A DNA stretch of 64,000 nt. Origin: Clostridia bacterium. Lineage in GTDB: Bacteria > Bacillota > Clostridia > Christensenellales > Borkfalkiaceae. The position numbers were made by a program, and so were the translations under genes. Positions 46,177 through 56,194 of the stretch are shown piece after piece. The stretch's first letter is position 1. Each line of letters opens with the position of its first letter. The stretch is from assembly GCA_900766495.1 (NCBI GenBank), contig CAAFVM010000012.1:9407-73406 (forward strand), written 5' to 3'. The notes under the pieces were generated by a model. It did no database searches, was not told the DNA's origin, and was given only the letters and a program-made list of their open reading frames with translations.

Positions 46177-47067
46177 ATGGTTGAATTAGAATACGGCGGC
46201 AAGCCGTTCGGGCAAAAAAACGTAATATGCCTCGGCGCGTTCGACAGCGTGCATAATGGGCATAAAAGCATTATAAAGCAGGCGAAAAGCGCAGCCGCAA
46301 GCAGTGGTTCGAAAACGTTGGTTTTTACGTTTGAAAACGGGCTCGGACTTGTTGAAAGCGGAAAAAAAACGCAGGTTTTTACCTATGCCGAACGGTTGCA
46401 AATTTTAGCCGAACTTGGCGTTTACGGTGTTATACGGGCACATTTTAACGAAAAATTCGCAAACACGAGTGCGGAAGACTTCATAAAAAAACTGTTCGAG
46501 CAATTCGCGCCGTCGTGCGTTTTTTGCGGGGAAGATTACCGTTACGGCAAAAACGCTTCGGGCGATATAACGTCGCTTAAAAAGGCGTGCGACGAACGCG
46601 GAGTTGAACTTGTAGTTTGCCCGTTCGTGAAAATAAACGGCGAAAAAATTTCAACAAGTAACGTAAAGCGCGCGCTCGAACGGGGCGACGTTAAGCTTGC
46701 AAGCGAATTTTTGGGCGAAGATTATTTTATTTGCGGCACGGTAGAAACCGGCAGAAAAGAGGGCAGAACCATAGGTTTTCCCACGGCGAACATAAGCCTG
46801 CCGCCCGAAAAATTCAAGCTTAAAGAGGGCGTTTACAAAACCTACGCCTATATAAACGGCAAGCGTTATTACGGCATAACAAATTGCGGCAAAGCGCCCA
46901 CTTTCGGCTTTGAAAAACTGAAAATCGAAACTTATTTCAAAGATTTTTCTGGCGATATTTACGGCGAAAATTTAAAAATTAATTTTATAGATTTTTTGCG
47001 CGAAGATAAAAAATTCGCAAGCGCGGAAGAACTTAAAGCGCAGCTTAAAAAAGATTTGCAAGCGTAA
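46177..47067 (+). CDS. ribF: Bifunctional riboflavin kinase / FMN adenylyltransferase
   Basis: GAFDSVHNGH near the N-terminus and GFPTANI in the kinase domain. Conserved position after truB. Confidence 0.92.
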   Translation: MVELEYGGKPFGQKNVICLGAFDSVHNGHKSIIKQAKSAAASSGSKTLVFTFENGLGLVESGKKTQVFTYAERLQILAELGVYGVIRAHFNEKFANTSAEDFIKKLFEQFAPSCVFCGEDYRYGKNASGDITSLKKACDERGVELVVCPFVKINGEKISTSNVKRALERGDVKLASEFLGEDYFICGTVETGRKEGRTIGFPTANISLPPEKFKLKEGVYKTYAYINGKRYYGITNCGKAPTFGFEKLKIETYFKDFSGDIYGENLKINFIDFLREDKKFASAEELKAQLKKDLQA

Positions 47068-47096
47068 AACCTGCGATAGCTACGGAGAACATAAAA

Positions 47097-47975
47097 ATGG
47101 AAGAAAATAAAGAAATTCAAATTAAATTCGGACCTAGCGGTAACTCGGAAGATTTTGCCGCGGCGGGTTATAAAACCACCGAGCAAAGCGCCGAATGGGT
47201 AAAAAATTTAGGCTTGAACGCTTTCGAATATTCGTTCGGCAGGGGAATTACCATGGGCGATGAGCGCGCCGCTTCGCTTAAACCCGTGTTCGAAAACGCG
47301 GGCGTAGCCATAAGCGTGCATGCGCCGTATTACACGAATTTTTCAAATCCCGACCCCGAAATGGTACAAAAAACGTTCGGTTATATTCTCGAAAGCGCTA
47401 AAATGGTTAATCTGATGGGCGGGAACCGGGTAATTTTTCACCCCGCTTCGCAGGGAAAGGACACCCGCGAAAACGCAGTAAGCCGCGCCTTGGATAATTT
47501 TAAGCTTTTCACCGAAGCAGTTTACGCCGCGGGCGGAGAAAAAATTTTTTATTGCCCCGAAACCATGGGCAAGCTCGGACAGCTCGGCACCATAGAAGAA
47601 ATAGCCGAATTTTGCCTTGTAGACGAAATTTTTATTCCTACCATAGATTTCGGACACGTGAACGCACGCGAGTGCGGCAGCCTTAAAAATCGCGACGACT
47701 ATGCCCGTCGCCTTGAATATCTTATAGAAAAGCTCGGATATAAAAGAATGAAGAATTTTCATATTCACTTTTCGAAAATTCAATATTCGGCAAAAGGCGA
47801 GGTGCGCCACCTTAATTTCGACGACGACAAATACGGACCCGAATTTGCTCCGCTTGCCGAGGCTTTAATCGATTTAAAACTCGAACCCGTAGTAATTTGC
47901 GAATCTGCGGGGCATCAGGACCGCGACGCTCTCGAAATGAAAAAACTGTATTTTGCCGCGCTGAGCAAAAGATAA
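47097..47975 (+). CDS. Xylose-isomerase-like TIM-barrel protein, AP endonuclease family 2 (Nfo-like)
   Basis: SVHAPYYTNFSNPD, VIFHPAS, PETMGK and IDFGHVNA are collinear with endonuclease IV metal-binding segments. Confidence 0.6.
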   Translation: MEENKEIQIKFGPSGNSEDFAAAGYKTTEQSAEWVKNLGLNAFEYSFGRGITMGDERAASLKPVFENAGVAISVHAPYYTNFSNPDPEMVQKTFGYILESAKMVNLMGGNRVIFHPASQGKDTRENAVSRALDNFKLFTEAVYAAGGEKIFYCPETMGKLGQLGTIEEIAEFCLVDEIFIPTIDFGHVNARECGSLKNRDDYARRLEYLIEKLGYKRMKNFHIHFSKIQYSAKGEVRHLNFDDDKYGPEFAPLAEALIDLKLEPVVICESAGHQDRDALEMKKLYFAALSKR

Positions 47976-48095
47976 TTTTTAGTGTCGCAAAAAAATAAGC
48001 GAAAAACGCGAAATGCACGTTAACGGCGTTATAGCCTGCCTTTTTATAAAATTTTAATGCGTTTTTATAACTATAAATATAACTATAAATTTTTT

Positions 48096-48125
48096 ACGAA
48101 CGATGATTTATCGTTCGTTTTTTTA
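48096..48125 (+). terminator. Intrinsic terminator
   Basis: ACGAACGAT-gattt-ATCGTTCGT followed by a T-run. Confidence 0.8.
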
Positions 48126-48428
48126 TATGCAAAAAACGTTTTAAGTTTTTAGTTTTGTGCGGCTGAATTTGTTTTTGTTCGATATATAAAAAATATATGA
48201 AGAAGCGTGCGGAAATGCGAAAAACTACAAAAAATTGCGTGAATTAAGGCTTTTCGACAAAAAAAGACTAAAACAGACGAAAAAATTGTTAAAAAAACGT
48301 CATAAACCTATTGTTAAATAAAAACTTCGTAATATAATTGAAGCGTAAGGTTGGCCGCCGCGCGACAAACCAAAGCGCCTCGCGGTTGAAATAAAACTTT
48401 TTTTGCGCGAACGCGCGGAGGTTTTTAT

Positions 48429-48638
48429 ATGGAAGAAAAAAAACTTACGGCAAGCAAAGAACAAGAGTTTAACGAAAGCGATTTTTTGTTATGGCTTTCG
48501 GTACTTGCGAGGGAAGAATCCGCCGACGTGAAAATTTCGGCGCCCGACGAAATGACCGTTACCGATTTTTTCGGAAACGAATTTAGCGTTAAAGTTAAAA
48601 AAACGCAAGGCAAAGCCGCGCCCGAAGCAAAAGGGTAA
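48429..48638 (+). CDS. Small hypothetical protein (69 aa)
   Basis: GGAGG lies 6-7 nt upstream of the ATG. A promoter-like TTGTTA-16-TATAAT is at about 48311-48338. No family recognised. Confidence 0.45.
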   Translation: MEEKKLTASKEQEFNESDFLLWLSVLAREESADVKISAPDEMTVTDFFGNEFSVKVKKTQGKAAPEAKG

Positions 48639-48748
48639 CCGCGGAAACGTAAAAGTTATAAAAGAGCAAAAAGCATTAAATAAGCCGCAGTTTACCTTAA
48701 TTTTACCTTTTTTGCGGGTTTTATGGGGGCGCGGCGCCGCCCAAACGC

Positions 48749-48777
48749 TTGCAAAAATTTTCGCTATGGTATATAAT
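48749..48777 (+). promoter_or_regulatory. sigma-A type promoter of lon
   Basis: TTGCAA at 48749-48754, a 17-nt spacer, then TATAAT at 48772-48777. Confidence 0.6.
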
Positions 48778-48923
48778 GTTATACTAATAAAACGTAAAAC
48801 AGCAGCGCCCTACGCATATTAAAAGGCGTAAAAAATAAACCGAAAGTCGCTTTGCCAAAAAATTGCGAAGAAAAATGCGCGGGCTGTAATGGTAAACACA
48901 ATAACTTTTTAACGGTAAAATAT

Positions 48924-51323
48924 ATGGACGAAATCAAAAAACAGGAAAACGCAATCGACGCACCCGCATCTCTGGGCGACGAGAACGCTATAGTTGCCGA
49001 CCTCGCGGGCGAAAATTCGGGCATTCCGATGATTGCGATGAAAGGAAAGGTAATATTTCCAAACGTTTACACCACGTTCGACGTAGGCAGGGCGAAATCG
49101 CTTGCCGCGCTTAATTTTGCGGCGGTGAACGGGCTTAACGTGTTCGTGTGCGCGCAGAAAGAATCTGCTAACGACAATCCGTCGCCCGAGGATATTTATT
49201 CGGTTGGCGTGGTTTGCAACGTAAAGCGCTCGATAAACATCGTGGGCGACAACGTACGCGTGCATATCGAGGGGCTTTACCGCGCGAAAATAACCGAATA
49301 CGTGCAGACCGAGGACTTTTTCATAGTCCGCGTGCAAAAAACTCTGCCGATTTACGAAGAGGGTGCCGAGCTTGACGCTTTGGTAACGCTTGCGAAAAAC
49401 AAATATAAAGAATTTACTTTGGGCGAAAAGAACGCCTCGCCCGAAATCGCGAATAATATTCTGGCTCTTTCCGACCCGGACGTGTTCGTGAACGCGGCTA
49501 CGTTCAACAGCTCTCTTAAAGAAAAAGAAAAGCAGAAAATTCTTGAAATCACGTCGGTTTCCGCAAGGACTGAAGCTCTTGCTACGGCTCTTTCCGCCGC
49601 AGCCGAAATTGCCGCGGTAGAAAAGAAAGTTGCCGACCGCGTGCGCAAAAGCGTTGAAAAAGGGCAGAAAGAATTTTATCTGCGCGAACAGCTAAAAGCC
49701 ATTCATCAGGAACTCGGCGACGACGAGGGCGAAATAATAGAACTTGAAAACGCGATAAAAGCAAAGGGTATGCCTTTGGAAAGCGAAAACAAGGTGCTTA
49801 AAGAACTTTCGCGCATGTCGAAAATGAGTTCTTCTTCGCCCGATTACACGGTTTTACGCACTTACGTCGACTGGATTTTAGATTTGCCTTTTAAAGAAGA
49901 AACCCGCGATACCGACGATTTGAACGTCGCTCGCGAGATACTCGATAAAGACCATTTCGGACTTGATAAGGTAAAAAAACGCATAGTGGAATACCTTGCG
50001 GTGTTGTCGCTCACGCACAAAACGGGCGGCTCTATACTCTGCCTCGTAGGTCCTCCGGGCGTTGGTAAAACCTCGATTGCGGCTTCGGTCGCGCGGGCGC
50101 TCGGAAGAAAGTTCGTAAGAATGAGCCTTGGCGGCGTTAAAGACGAAGCCGAAATTCGCGGGCACAGAAAAACCTATATAGGCGCTATGCCCGGGCGCAT
50201 TATTTACGGAATTAAGCAGGCTGGCACTATTAACCCTGTATTTTTGCTTGACGAAATAGATAAAATTTCTTCGGATTTGCGCGGCGATCCGTCGAGCGCG
50301 CTTTTAGAAGTTTTAGACCCCGAGCAGAACTCCTCTTTCCGCGACAGATATCTGGAAATTCCGTACGACTTGTCGAAAGTGCTGTTCATTACCACGGCGA
50401 ACACGCTCGATACCATTCCCGCGCCTCTTCTCGACCGTATGGAGGTTATAGAGATAAACGGCTATACCGAGGAAGAAAAAATCGAGATTGCCAAGCGCTA
50501 TCTCGTTCCCGCGAAAATTAAAGAAAACGGGCTTGAAAATTTTAACGTAAAATTCACCGAAAGCGGTGTTAAAGCGCTTATAGAGGGTTTTACGCGCGAA
50601 GCGGGCGTCAGAAATCTTGAACGCGAGATAGGCGGAATCTGCCGCAAAATCGCTTGCGAAGCCGCAGTTCTTCCCGAAAACAAAGTTAAAGAAAAACAAT
50701 TTTTAGTAAACGCGAAAGCGGTTGAAAAATATTCGGGTGCGCCGAGATTCTTGCCCGACGACGAAAAATTTACCGACGAAGTGGGTTCGGCTACGGGTCT
50801 TGCCTGGACGGCTGTTGGCGGCACTACGCTTACAATCGAGGTGAGCTTGATGCAAGGCAAGGGCGAAATTCTGCTTACCGGTAAACTCGGCGACGTTATG
50901 AAAGAAAGCGCGCGCGCGGCAATAACCTATATCCACGCGAACGCCGCAAAATACGGCATTGACGAAACGCTTTTCGAAAAACGCGACATTCACGTTCACG
51001 TTCCCGAGGGGGCTACTCCGAAAGACGGACCAAGCGCGGGCATAACCATGGCTACGGCGTTATTCTCGGCTTTTACGGGCAGAAAAGTAAACAAAAAAGT
51101 AGCAATGACAGGCGAAATTACCTTGCGCGGCAAAGTTCTGCCTATCGGCGGACTTAAAGAAAAGGCTCTTGCCGCTTACCGCGTGGGTATAAAAACCGTA
51201 ATAATCCCCAAAGCCAACGTAAAAGATCTTGAAGAAATTCCCGCGGCTGTTCGCTCGAAAATGACGTTTATGCCCGTAGAGGACGTTTCCGAGGTGTTCG
51301 ACGTAGCCGTTTGCAAAGACTGA
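48924..51323 (+). CDS. lon: ATP-dependent protease Lon (LonA type)
   Basis: LON N-terminal domain, Walker [10 protein letters not shown], and protease [13 protein letters not shown] with catalytic Ser. Start set to ATG 48924; the listed TTG 48852 cannot be excluded. Confidence 0.93.
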   Translation: MDEIKKQENAIDAPASLGDENAIVADLAGENSGIPMIAMKGKVIFPNVYTTFDVGRAKSLAALNFAAVNGLNVFVCAQKESANDNPSPEDIYSVGVVCNVKRSINIVGDNVRVHIEGLYRAKITEYVQTEDFFIVRVQKTLPIYEEGAELDALVTLAKNKYKEFTLGEKNASPEIANNILALSDPDVFVNAATFNSSLKEKEKQKILEITSVSARTEALATALSAAAEIAAVEKKVADRVRKSVEKGQKEFYLREQLKAIHQELGDDEGEIIELENAIKAKGMPLESENKVLKELSRMSKMSSSSPDYTVLRTYVDWILDLPFKEETRDTDDLNVAREILDKDHFGLDKVKKRIVEYLAVLSLTHKTGGSILCLVGPPGVGKTSIAASVARALGRKFVRMSLGGVKDEAEIRGHRKTYIGAMPGRIIYGIKQAGTINPVFLLDEIDKISSDLRGDPSSALLEVLDPEQNSSFRDRYLEIPYDLSKVLFITTANTLDTIPAPLLDRMEVIEINGYTEEEKIEIAKRYLVPAKIKENGLENFNVKFTESGVKALIEGFTREAGVRNLEREIGGICRKIACEAAVLPENKVKEKQFLVNAKAVEKYSGAPRFLPDDEKFTDEVGSATGLAWTAVGGTTLTIEVSLMQGKGEILLTGKLGDVMKESARAAITYIHANAAKYGIDETLFEKRDIHVHVPEGATPKDGPSAGITMATALFSAFTGRKVNKKVAMTGEITLRGKVLPIGGLKEKALAAYRVGIKTVIIPKANVKDLEEIPAAVRSKMTFMPVEDVSEVFDVAVCKD

Positions 51324-51338
51324 CGACTTGAATTTATT

Positions 51339-51998
51339 ATGAAAATAACCAACACCGAATTTTTAAAATCGGCTGCAAGCGAAAGCGGGTTTATGACTTT
51401 CGATAAACCCGTAATAGCCGTTTGCGGGCGAAGCAACGTGGGTAAAAGCTCGTTTATAAATATGCTTGCGAACCGCAGAAAACTCGCTAAAACTTCGCGC
51501 GAGCCGGGGCGGACGAGGCTTGTAAACTATTTCGATTTCGGCGAGTTCGTGCTTGCCGATTTGCCGGGTTACGGCTTCGCGCAGGTATCAAAAGGCGAAA
51601 AACTTAAATGGGCTGCTACAATCGAAAGTTTTTTTAAAGATAAAAAGTATTTGGACCACGCGCTTTTGCTTGTGGATATACGGCACGACCCGACCGCCGA
51701 CGACCGCGATTTCGTGAATTATTTAAACCATTACGTAATTCCGTTTACCGTGGTTTGCACAAAAGCCGATAAACTTGCCAAAACTCGCATAAAACCCGCC
51801 GCAAAAGCCGTTGCCGACAGTCTTTGTTTAGGTACGGGCAACGTTTATCCCGTATCCAACGAAACCGGGTACGGAAAGGACGAGTTTTTACTGCGGCTCG
51901 ATTCGGTTATTGCCGCTTATTACTCTTTGAAAAGCGCCGACGAAGCAGACGCGTGCGACGAAATCGGCGGTGAAACCGAAACTATCGACGGCGAATAA
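51339..51998 (+). CDS. engB: Ribosome biogenesis GTP-binding protein YsxC/EngB
   Basis: GRSNVGKSSFIN, DLPGYG and TKADK. Conserved linkage downstream of lon. Confidence 0.92.
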   Translation: MKITNTEFLKSAASESGFMTFDKPVIAVCGRSNVGKSSFINMLANRRKLAKTSREPGRTRLVNYFDFGEFVLADLPGYGFAQVSKGEKLKWAATIESFFKDKKYLDHALLLVDIRHDPTADDRDFVNYLNHYVIPFTVVCTKADKLAKTRIKPAAKAVADSLCLGTGNVYPVSNETGYGKDEFLLRLDSVIAAYYSLKSADEADACDEIGGETETIDGE

Positions 51999-52109
51999 AG
52001 AAAGAGCCGAATAAAACCGAAGAAAAAAACAAATAAAATAAAAAGGGAAAAATAAAAAGGGAAAAGCTTTGTTTGCTTCTCCCTTTTTTTATGGGAAATA
52101 CAGCGGGCG

Positions 52110-52304
52110 TCAGCCTTGCTGCTCGGTTTCCTGCTTTTCGCCGCCTTTGTTTTCTTCGTTTCTCTCGTTGTTCCATTTATCGAGGGCGTTCATAATTTGT
52201 TCCTGACCGTCCTTAACCGTTTTGCGAACTTTAAACGAATTTGCGGCTAATATGGCGCCGCCAAGCATACCGGCGATTAAGCCAAAACAAAAATCTTTTT
52301 CCAT
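52110..52304 (-). CDS. Small membrane-anchored protein (YtxH-like topology)
   Basis: ATG at 52304 with AGGAGG 4 nt upstream. Gly-rich hydrophobic helix FGLIAGMLGGAILAA followed by a polar acidic tail. Confidence 0.5.
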   Translation of the reverse strand: MEKDFCFGLIAGMLGGAILAANSFKVRKTVKDGQEQIMNALDKWNNERNEENKGGEKQETEQQG

Positions 52305-52467
52305 AATTCCTCCTTGCAATCCAAACGCCATAAACGCGGCTTGCGCTTAAAGTATGCTTAAAAAACAAGAAATTATACAATGAAAAACGCCCGTTTTCGG
52401 GGCGTTCAAGTAGTTATTGCTTTTCGTCGTTCGGCGTTTTTTAATAAATACGCAAACGGGGTCGCCG

Positions 52468-53049
52468 TTAAATGTTTAACTCGTCAAGAGTTTTTAAAAA
52501 CGACTGAACGAAATTCTCAATAAAATATTCGGTTTCGGGCGCGCCGTCGGCTTTAAACTGATTTTCTATGGTTATTTTCGCTTTTTCGAACTCGCCGTTG
52601 CCGCGTTTAAGCTCGGAAAGGCATTTTACGTATGCGCACAAACGGTCGGCGCGTTTTACCACTTTATACTCTTCGCTTTTTTCGTCGTGCAGAACGAAAT
52701 CGTCGAATTCGCCTTGAAGTTCGGCGGGTAAAGAATTTAAAATTTTATCGCATGCGGCGCGTTCTATGTTTTTATAAGCCGACGAAATGTCTCCGTTGTA
52801 ATATTTTACGGGAGTGGGTAAATCGCCGGTAAGGGTTTCGCCGGTTTCGTGATAAAGCGCGTATAAAACCACCTTTTCAACGTTTACGTTGCCGCCGTAA
52901 AGCTTGTTTTTTATGCAGGCGAGGGCGTGCGCCACAAACGCGGTTTCTGCGGTGTGTTCCAGAACGTTCTCGTTTTCGGCGCAGTACATAAGGCTCCAAC
53001 GCTTTATGTTTTTCATTCTGAATAAAAAAGCGAAAAAATCGTATGACAT
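52468..53049 (-). CDS. HD-domain 5'-deoxynucleotidase (YfbR-like)
   Basis: Near-collinear with E. coli YfbR: NVLEHTAETAFVAHALA, YHETGETLTGDLPTPVKY and RADRLCAYVKCLSEL. Confidence 0.85.
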   Translation of the reverse strand: MSYDFFAFLFRMKNIKRWSLMYCAENENVLEHTAETAFVAHALACIKNKLYGGNVNVEKVVLYALYHETGETLTGDLPTPVKYYNGDISSAYKNIERAACDKILNSLPAELQGEFDDFVLHDEKSEEYKVVKRADRLCAYVKCLSELKRGNGEFEKAKITIENQFKADGAPETEYFIENFVQSFLKTLDELNI

Positions 53050-53073
53050 ATGCGTTTTTCCTTTGTGAAAATA

Positions 53074-53979
53074 TTATTTGCCTATTATAAGCGATTCTAC
53101 GGCTTCGAGGACGGGCAACAGATTCGCAGACTGTTCGTTAATTAAGCAATTGGGGCTGTCGAGCAGGGTTTCGGCAATTTCGCAGTCGCGGCGGACGGGC
53201 AGGGAATGCAGAATTACGGCGTTGTTTTTGGCGTAGCGGAGCGAGCGCTCGTCTATTTCGAAACTCAAATCGAAATCGTGGCTCATAATGTAAATAACGT
53301 CGGCTCCGGCAAGCCCGTCTTCCAAATCGTTAAAAATTTCCACGTCGCAGAACTGGCGGCAATAGTCGGCTGCATTTGCGGGCGGTTCGGCGTATTCGGG
53401 GCAAACCACGTTTACGTCCATTCCGCACTTCGCCGCGCCGTATAAAAGCGAGCAATCGGCTTCGCGCAAATCGCCTATAACCGCAATTTTTAAATCATGC
53501 AATTTTTCTTTGCGTTGCCAGATGGTAAGCAGACTCGCGAGTGTCTGGCAGGGGCTGGTTCGGCTGTTCGCGTTTATAATTGGCAGGGTGGAGTAATTGT
53601 CCATAATTTCCGCGTCGCGCGAAACCGAGGTGTCTACCACGAACCCCGCCACGCCGTAACCTTTAATGGCGTTAACCGCGTCGCGGTCTTTAAGGTAGTC
53701 TTCCAAAGAGCTTCCCGAAAGCGGAAGAACCATAGCGTTGCCGCCGACGTTTTGCGTTGCAATCTGAAAGGCTATGCGAGTGCGGAAAAACGAATGTTTG
53801 GTTACGAGCGCCACGTATTTTCCGCGCAGAACGTCACATTTTTCGCCCGCGGTGCGCTTTCTTGCGAAATCGCGCGAGGCGTGCAAAAGCTCGAAAAGGT
53901 CTTCGGTCGAAGTTTTTTCAAGCGACAAAAGATTGTTGCATTCGGTTTTATTTTTAGGCACGTATCCGTTTACGTTCAT
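53074..53979 (-). CDS. Aspartate/ornithine carbamoyltransferase-fold protein with divergent carbamoyl-phosphate motifs
   Basis: Collinear with the ATCase/OTCase fold. HSFFRTR occupies the STRTR position, SPCQ the HPxQ position, and ILHSLPV the HxLP position. Confidence 0.6.
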   Translation of the reverse strand: MNVNGYVPKNKTECNNLLSLEKTSTEDLFELLHASRDFARKRTAGEKCDVLRGKYVALVTKHSFFRTRIAFQIATQNVGGNAMVLPLSGSSLEDYLKDRDAVNAIKGYGVAGFVVDTSVSRDAEIMDNYSTLPIINANSRTSPCQTLASLLTIWQRKEKLHDLKIAVIGDLREADCSLLYGAAKCGMDVNVVCPEYAEPPANAADYCRQFCDVEIFNDLEDGLAGADVIYIMSHDFDLSFEIDERSLRYAKNNAVILHSLPVRRDCEIAETLLDSPNCLINEQSANLLPVLEAVESLIIGK

Positions 53980-54164
53980 TGTTTCCGCCTTTTTGCCCGC
54001 GCGGTCTTTTTATTGCTCGCGGACTGTTTTTTATTTATATTGTTATTATAGCAGAAAATGAGCATAGTTACAATCGTTTTGGTTAAAATATATTAAGAAA
54101 TTTATTCGCGGGGGTATTTGTCCGTTGTTGTCGGTTCTTTTTTTTGTCATGTCGGTAAACAAAA

Positions 54165-54430
54165 AAAATGCCCTCGCGGAGGAAAACTTAAACACACGCA
54201 TAACATTGCCGCGGGAAATTAGAAAGAAGTCGTTTCAACGAGATTCCTCCGCTTCGCTCGGAATGACAGGGAATAAAATGCTCGGAATGACACATTCTTT
54301 CAACTGCCATGTTGAGCTTGTCGAAACATCTCGCGGAAGCGTTAATTGAGTAGCGGCACTGCTTAACCCTCGCGGAGCTATACTTAAACGACAAAAAAAC
54401 ACCTCGCAGCGGGGAATTATAAAGAAGAAA
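54165..54430. repeat. Mosaic intergenic repeat cluster, locus 2
   Basis: B-unit at 54169-54228, A-unit at 54231-54269, 3' half-unit at 54278-54293, inverted C-unit at 54304-54342, and B-unit at 54366-54428. Confidence 0.85.
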
Positions 54431-54567
54431 AAAGTTTTGTTAATTATTTTAGTGCAATATGACTAAATAGCAAAGTAAAAATTTAGCACATTGCCTATTG
54501 CAATATTTTATGTTTTGTAGTAAAATATAAGCATACTCGACCGAGAGGTCGTTTTGGAGGAATTTGT

Positions 54568-55953
54568 ATGGCAAGTCTTTTACTTAAAGATATATACAAG
54601 GTGTATCCGTCCGGCGTAACCGCCGTTACCGACTTTACCTTGGATATTCAGGATAAAGAATTTATCGTATTCGTAGGACCTTCCGGTTGCGGTAAGTCCA
54701 CCACGCTGCGTATGATTGCGGGTCTTGAGGAAATTTCCGACGGCGAGCTTTATATCGACGGCAAACTTATGAACGACGTTCAACCTAAAGACCGCGATAT
54801 AGCGATGGTTTTCCAGAACTACGCTCTTTATCCGCATATGACCGTTTACGACAATATGGCGTTCGGTCTTAAACTTCGCAAAATGCCCAAAGCCGAAATC
54901 GACGCAAGGGTTAAAGAAGCCGCAAGAATTTTGGGTTTGGAAATTTATTTGCAACGCAAACCTAAAGCGTTGTCCGGCGGTCAGAAACAACGTGTTGCGC
55001 TCGGTCGTGCAATCGTTCGTGAGCCTAAAGTATTCTTGCTCGACGAACCTTTGTCCAACCTCGACGCTAAACTCCGCGCGCAGATGAGAACCGAGATAAC
55101 CAAGCTCCACCATCGTCTTGCCACCACTTTCATTTACGTTACTCACGACCAGGTTGAAGCTATGACCATGGGTACCCGTATCGTAGTTATGAAAGACGGT
55201 TTCATTCAGCAGGTTGACGCGCCCCAGAAACTTTACGATTACCCCGCAAACCTTTTCGTTGCAGGCTTTATCGGCACCCCGCAGATGAACTTCTTCGACG
55301 CGGTTATTACCGGCACGCCCGACAAGGTTTTCGTTGAATTCGAAAATAATAAAGTAGCTCTTCCCAAGGCTAAATCCGAAAAGATTATCGACCTTGAAGC
55401 TTATCTTAACACCGGCAAACCCGTCGTATTCGGCGTTCGTCCCGAAGATATGCACGACGAAGCTAATTTCATTGCCAACGCTCCCGAATCTATCGTGAAC
55501 GTAGTTGTTGACGTTGTTGAAAAACTCGGCGCGGAAACTCAACTTTACTGCGTATTCGACAAAGGCGTTACCGAAGAAGAGGAACCCGACAAAATCAAGA
55601 GCTTGGTTGACAGCCAGAGCCAGATGATTGCCCGCGTTGACAGCAGAACCACCACCGAAAGAGGTCAGAAGATTCAGCTCGCTATCGACATTATGCACAG
55701 CCATCTGTTCGATAAAGAAACCGAACTCACCATTTTGGAAGGCGAGGGTACCAAGGCTTACGTTCCCGTTAAGGAACTTGAAAGAAGGGCAAACGCTCCC
55801 GCTGAAGAACCCGTAGAAAAGAAGAAAGGCTTTGCCGCTATAAGCGGCTTGTTCAAGAAAAAGAATAAAGCCGAAAAAGTTGAAGAAAAAACCGAAACCG
55901 CCGAAACTACGGAAACTACCGAAAACGGCGAAGAGGATAAACCCAACGAATAA
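54568..55953 (+). CDS. Sugar-type ABC transporter ATP-binding protein (MalK/UgpC/MsmX family) with a C-terminal low-complexity extension
   Basis: [23 protein letters not shown] and LLDEP, then a TOBE-like regulatory domain, then roughly 80-90 extra residues ending in an E/T-rich tail. Confidence 0.88.
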   Translation: MASLLLKDIYKVYPSGVTAVTDFTLDIQDKEFIVFVGPSGCGKSTTLRMIAGLEEISDGELYIDGKLMNDVQPKDRDIAMVFQNYALYPHMTVYDNMAFGLKLRKMPKAEIDARVKEAARILGLEIYLQRKPKALSGGQKQRVALGRAIVREPKVFLLDEPLSNLDAKLRAQMRTEITKLHHRLATTFIYVTHDQVEAMTMGTRIVVMKDGFIQQVDAPQKLYDYPANLFVAGFIGTPQMNFFDAVITGTPDKVFVEFENNKVALPKAKSEKIIDLEAYLNTGKPVVFGVRPEDMHDEANFIANAPESIVNVVVDVVEKLGAETQLYCVFDKGVTEEEEPDKIKSLVDSQSQMIARVDSRTTTERGQKIQLAIDIMHSHLFDKETELTILEGEGTKAYVPVKELERRANAPAEEPVEKKKGFAAISGLFKKKNKAEKVEEKTETAETTETTENGEEDKPNE

Positions 55954-55973
55954 TTAAAATTTGCCATATTTTA

Positions 55974-56006
55974 CCGCGGAGCGCATGTCGCTCCGCGTTT
56001 TTTTTA
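55974..56006 (+). terminator. Intrinsic terminator
   Basis: CCGCGGAGCG-catgt-CGCTCCGCG followed by a run of 8 T. Confidence 0.85.
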
Positions 56007-56042
56007 TTAAGCAGTCGCCTTATAAAAGTTTAAAAAATATAT

Positions 56043-56083
56043 AAAAAGCCACCTGCAAGAACATAATTTAGCAGGTGGCTTTT
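56043..56083. terminator. Bidirectional intrinsic terminator (serves ung on the minus strand)
   Basis: AAAAGCCACCTGC-(15 nt)-GCAGGTGGCTTTT. Confidence 0.75.
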
Positions 56084-56194
56084 GAGCGTATGAAAAAATT
56101 CGAAATATGCGTTAACGGGCTTATAGGTGCGTTTTTTGTTTAAAAAGCAGATGTTGTTTGTAGAAAAAAATTGTGCCGCGCTAACTTAAAAAAA

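Noticed and set aside
54125-54394. Two overlapping ORFs on opposite strands: 74 aa on the plus strand and 68 aa on the minus strand.
   Set aside because: Both are composed of repeat modules A, B and C. There are no RBSs. The same sequences occur non-coding at the other repeat loci.
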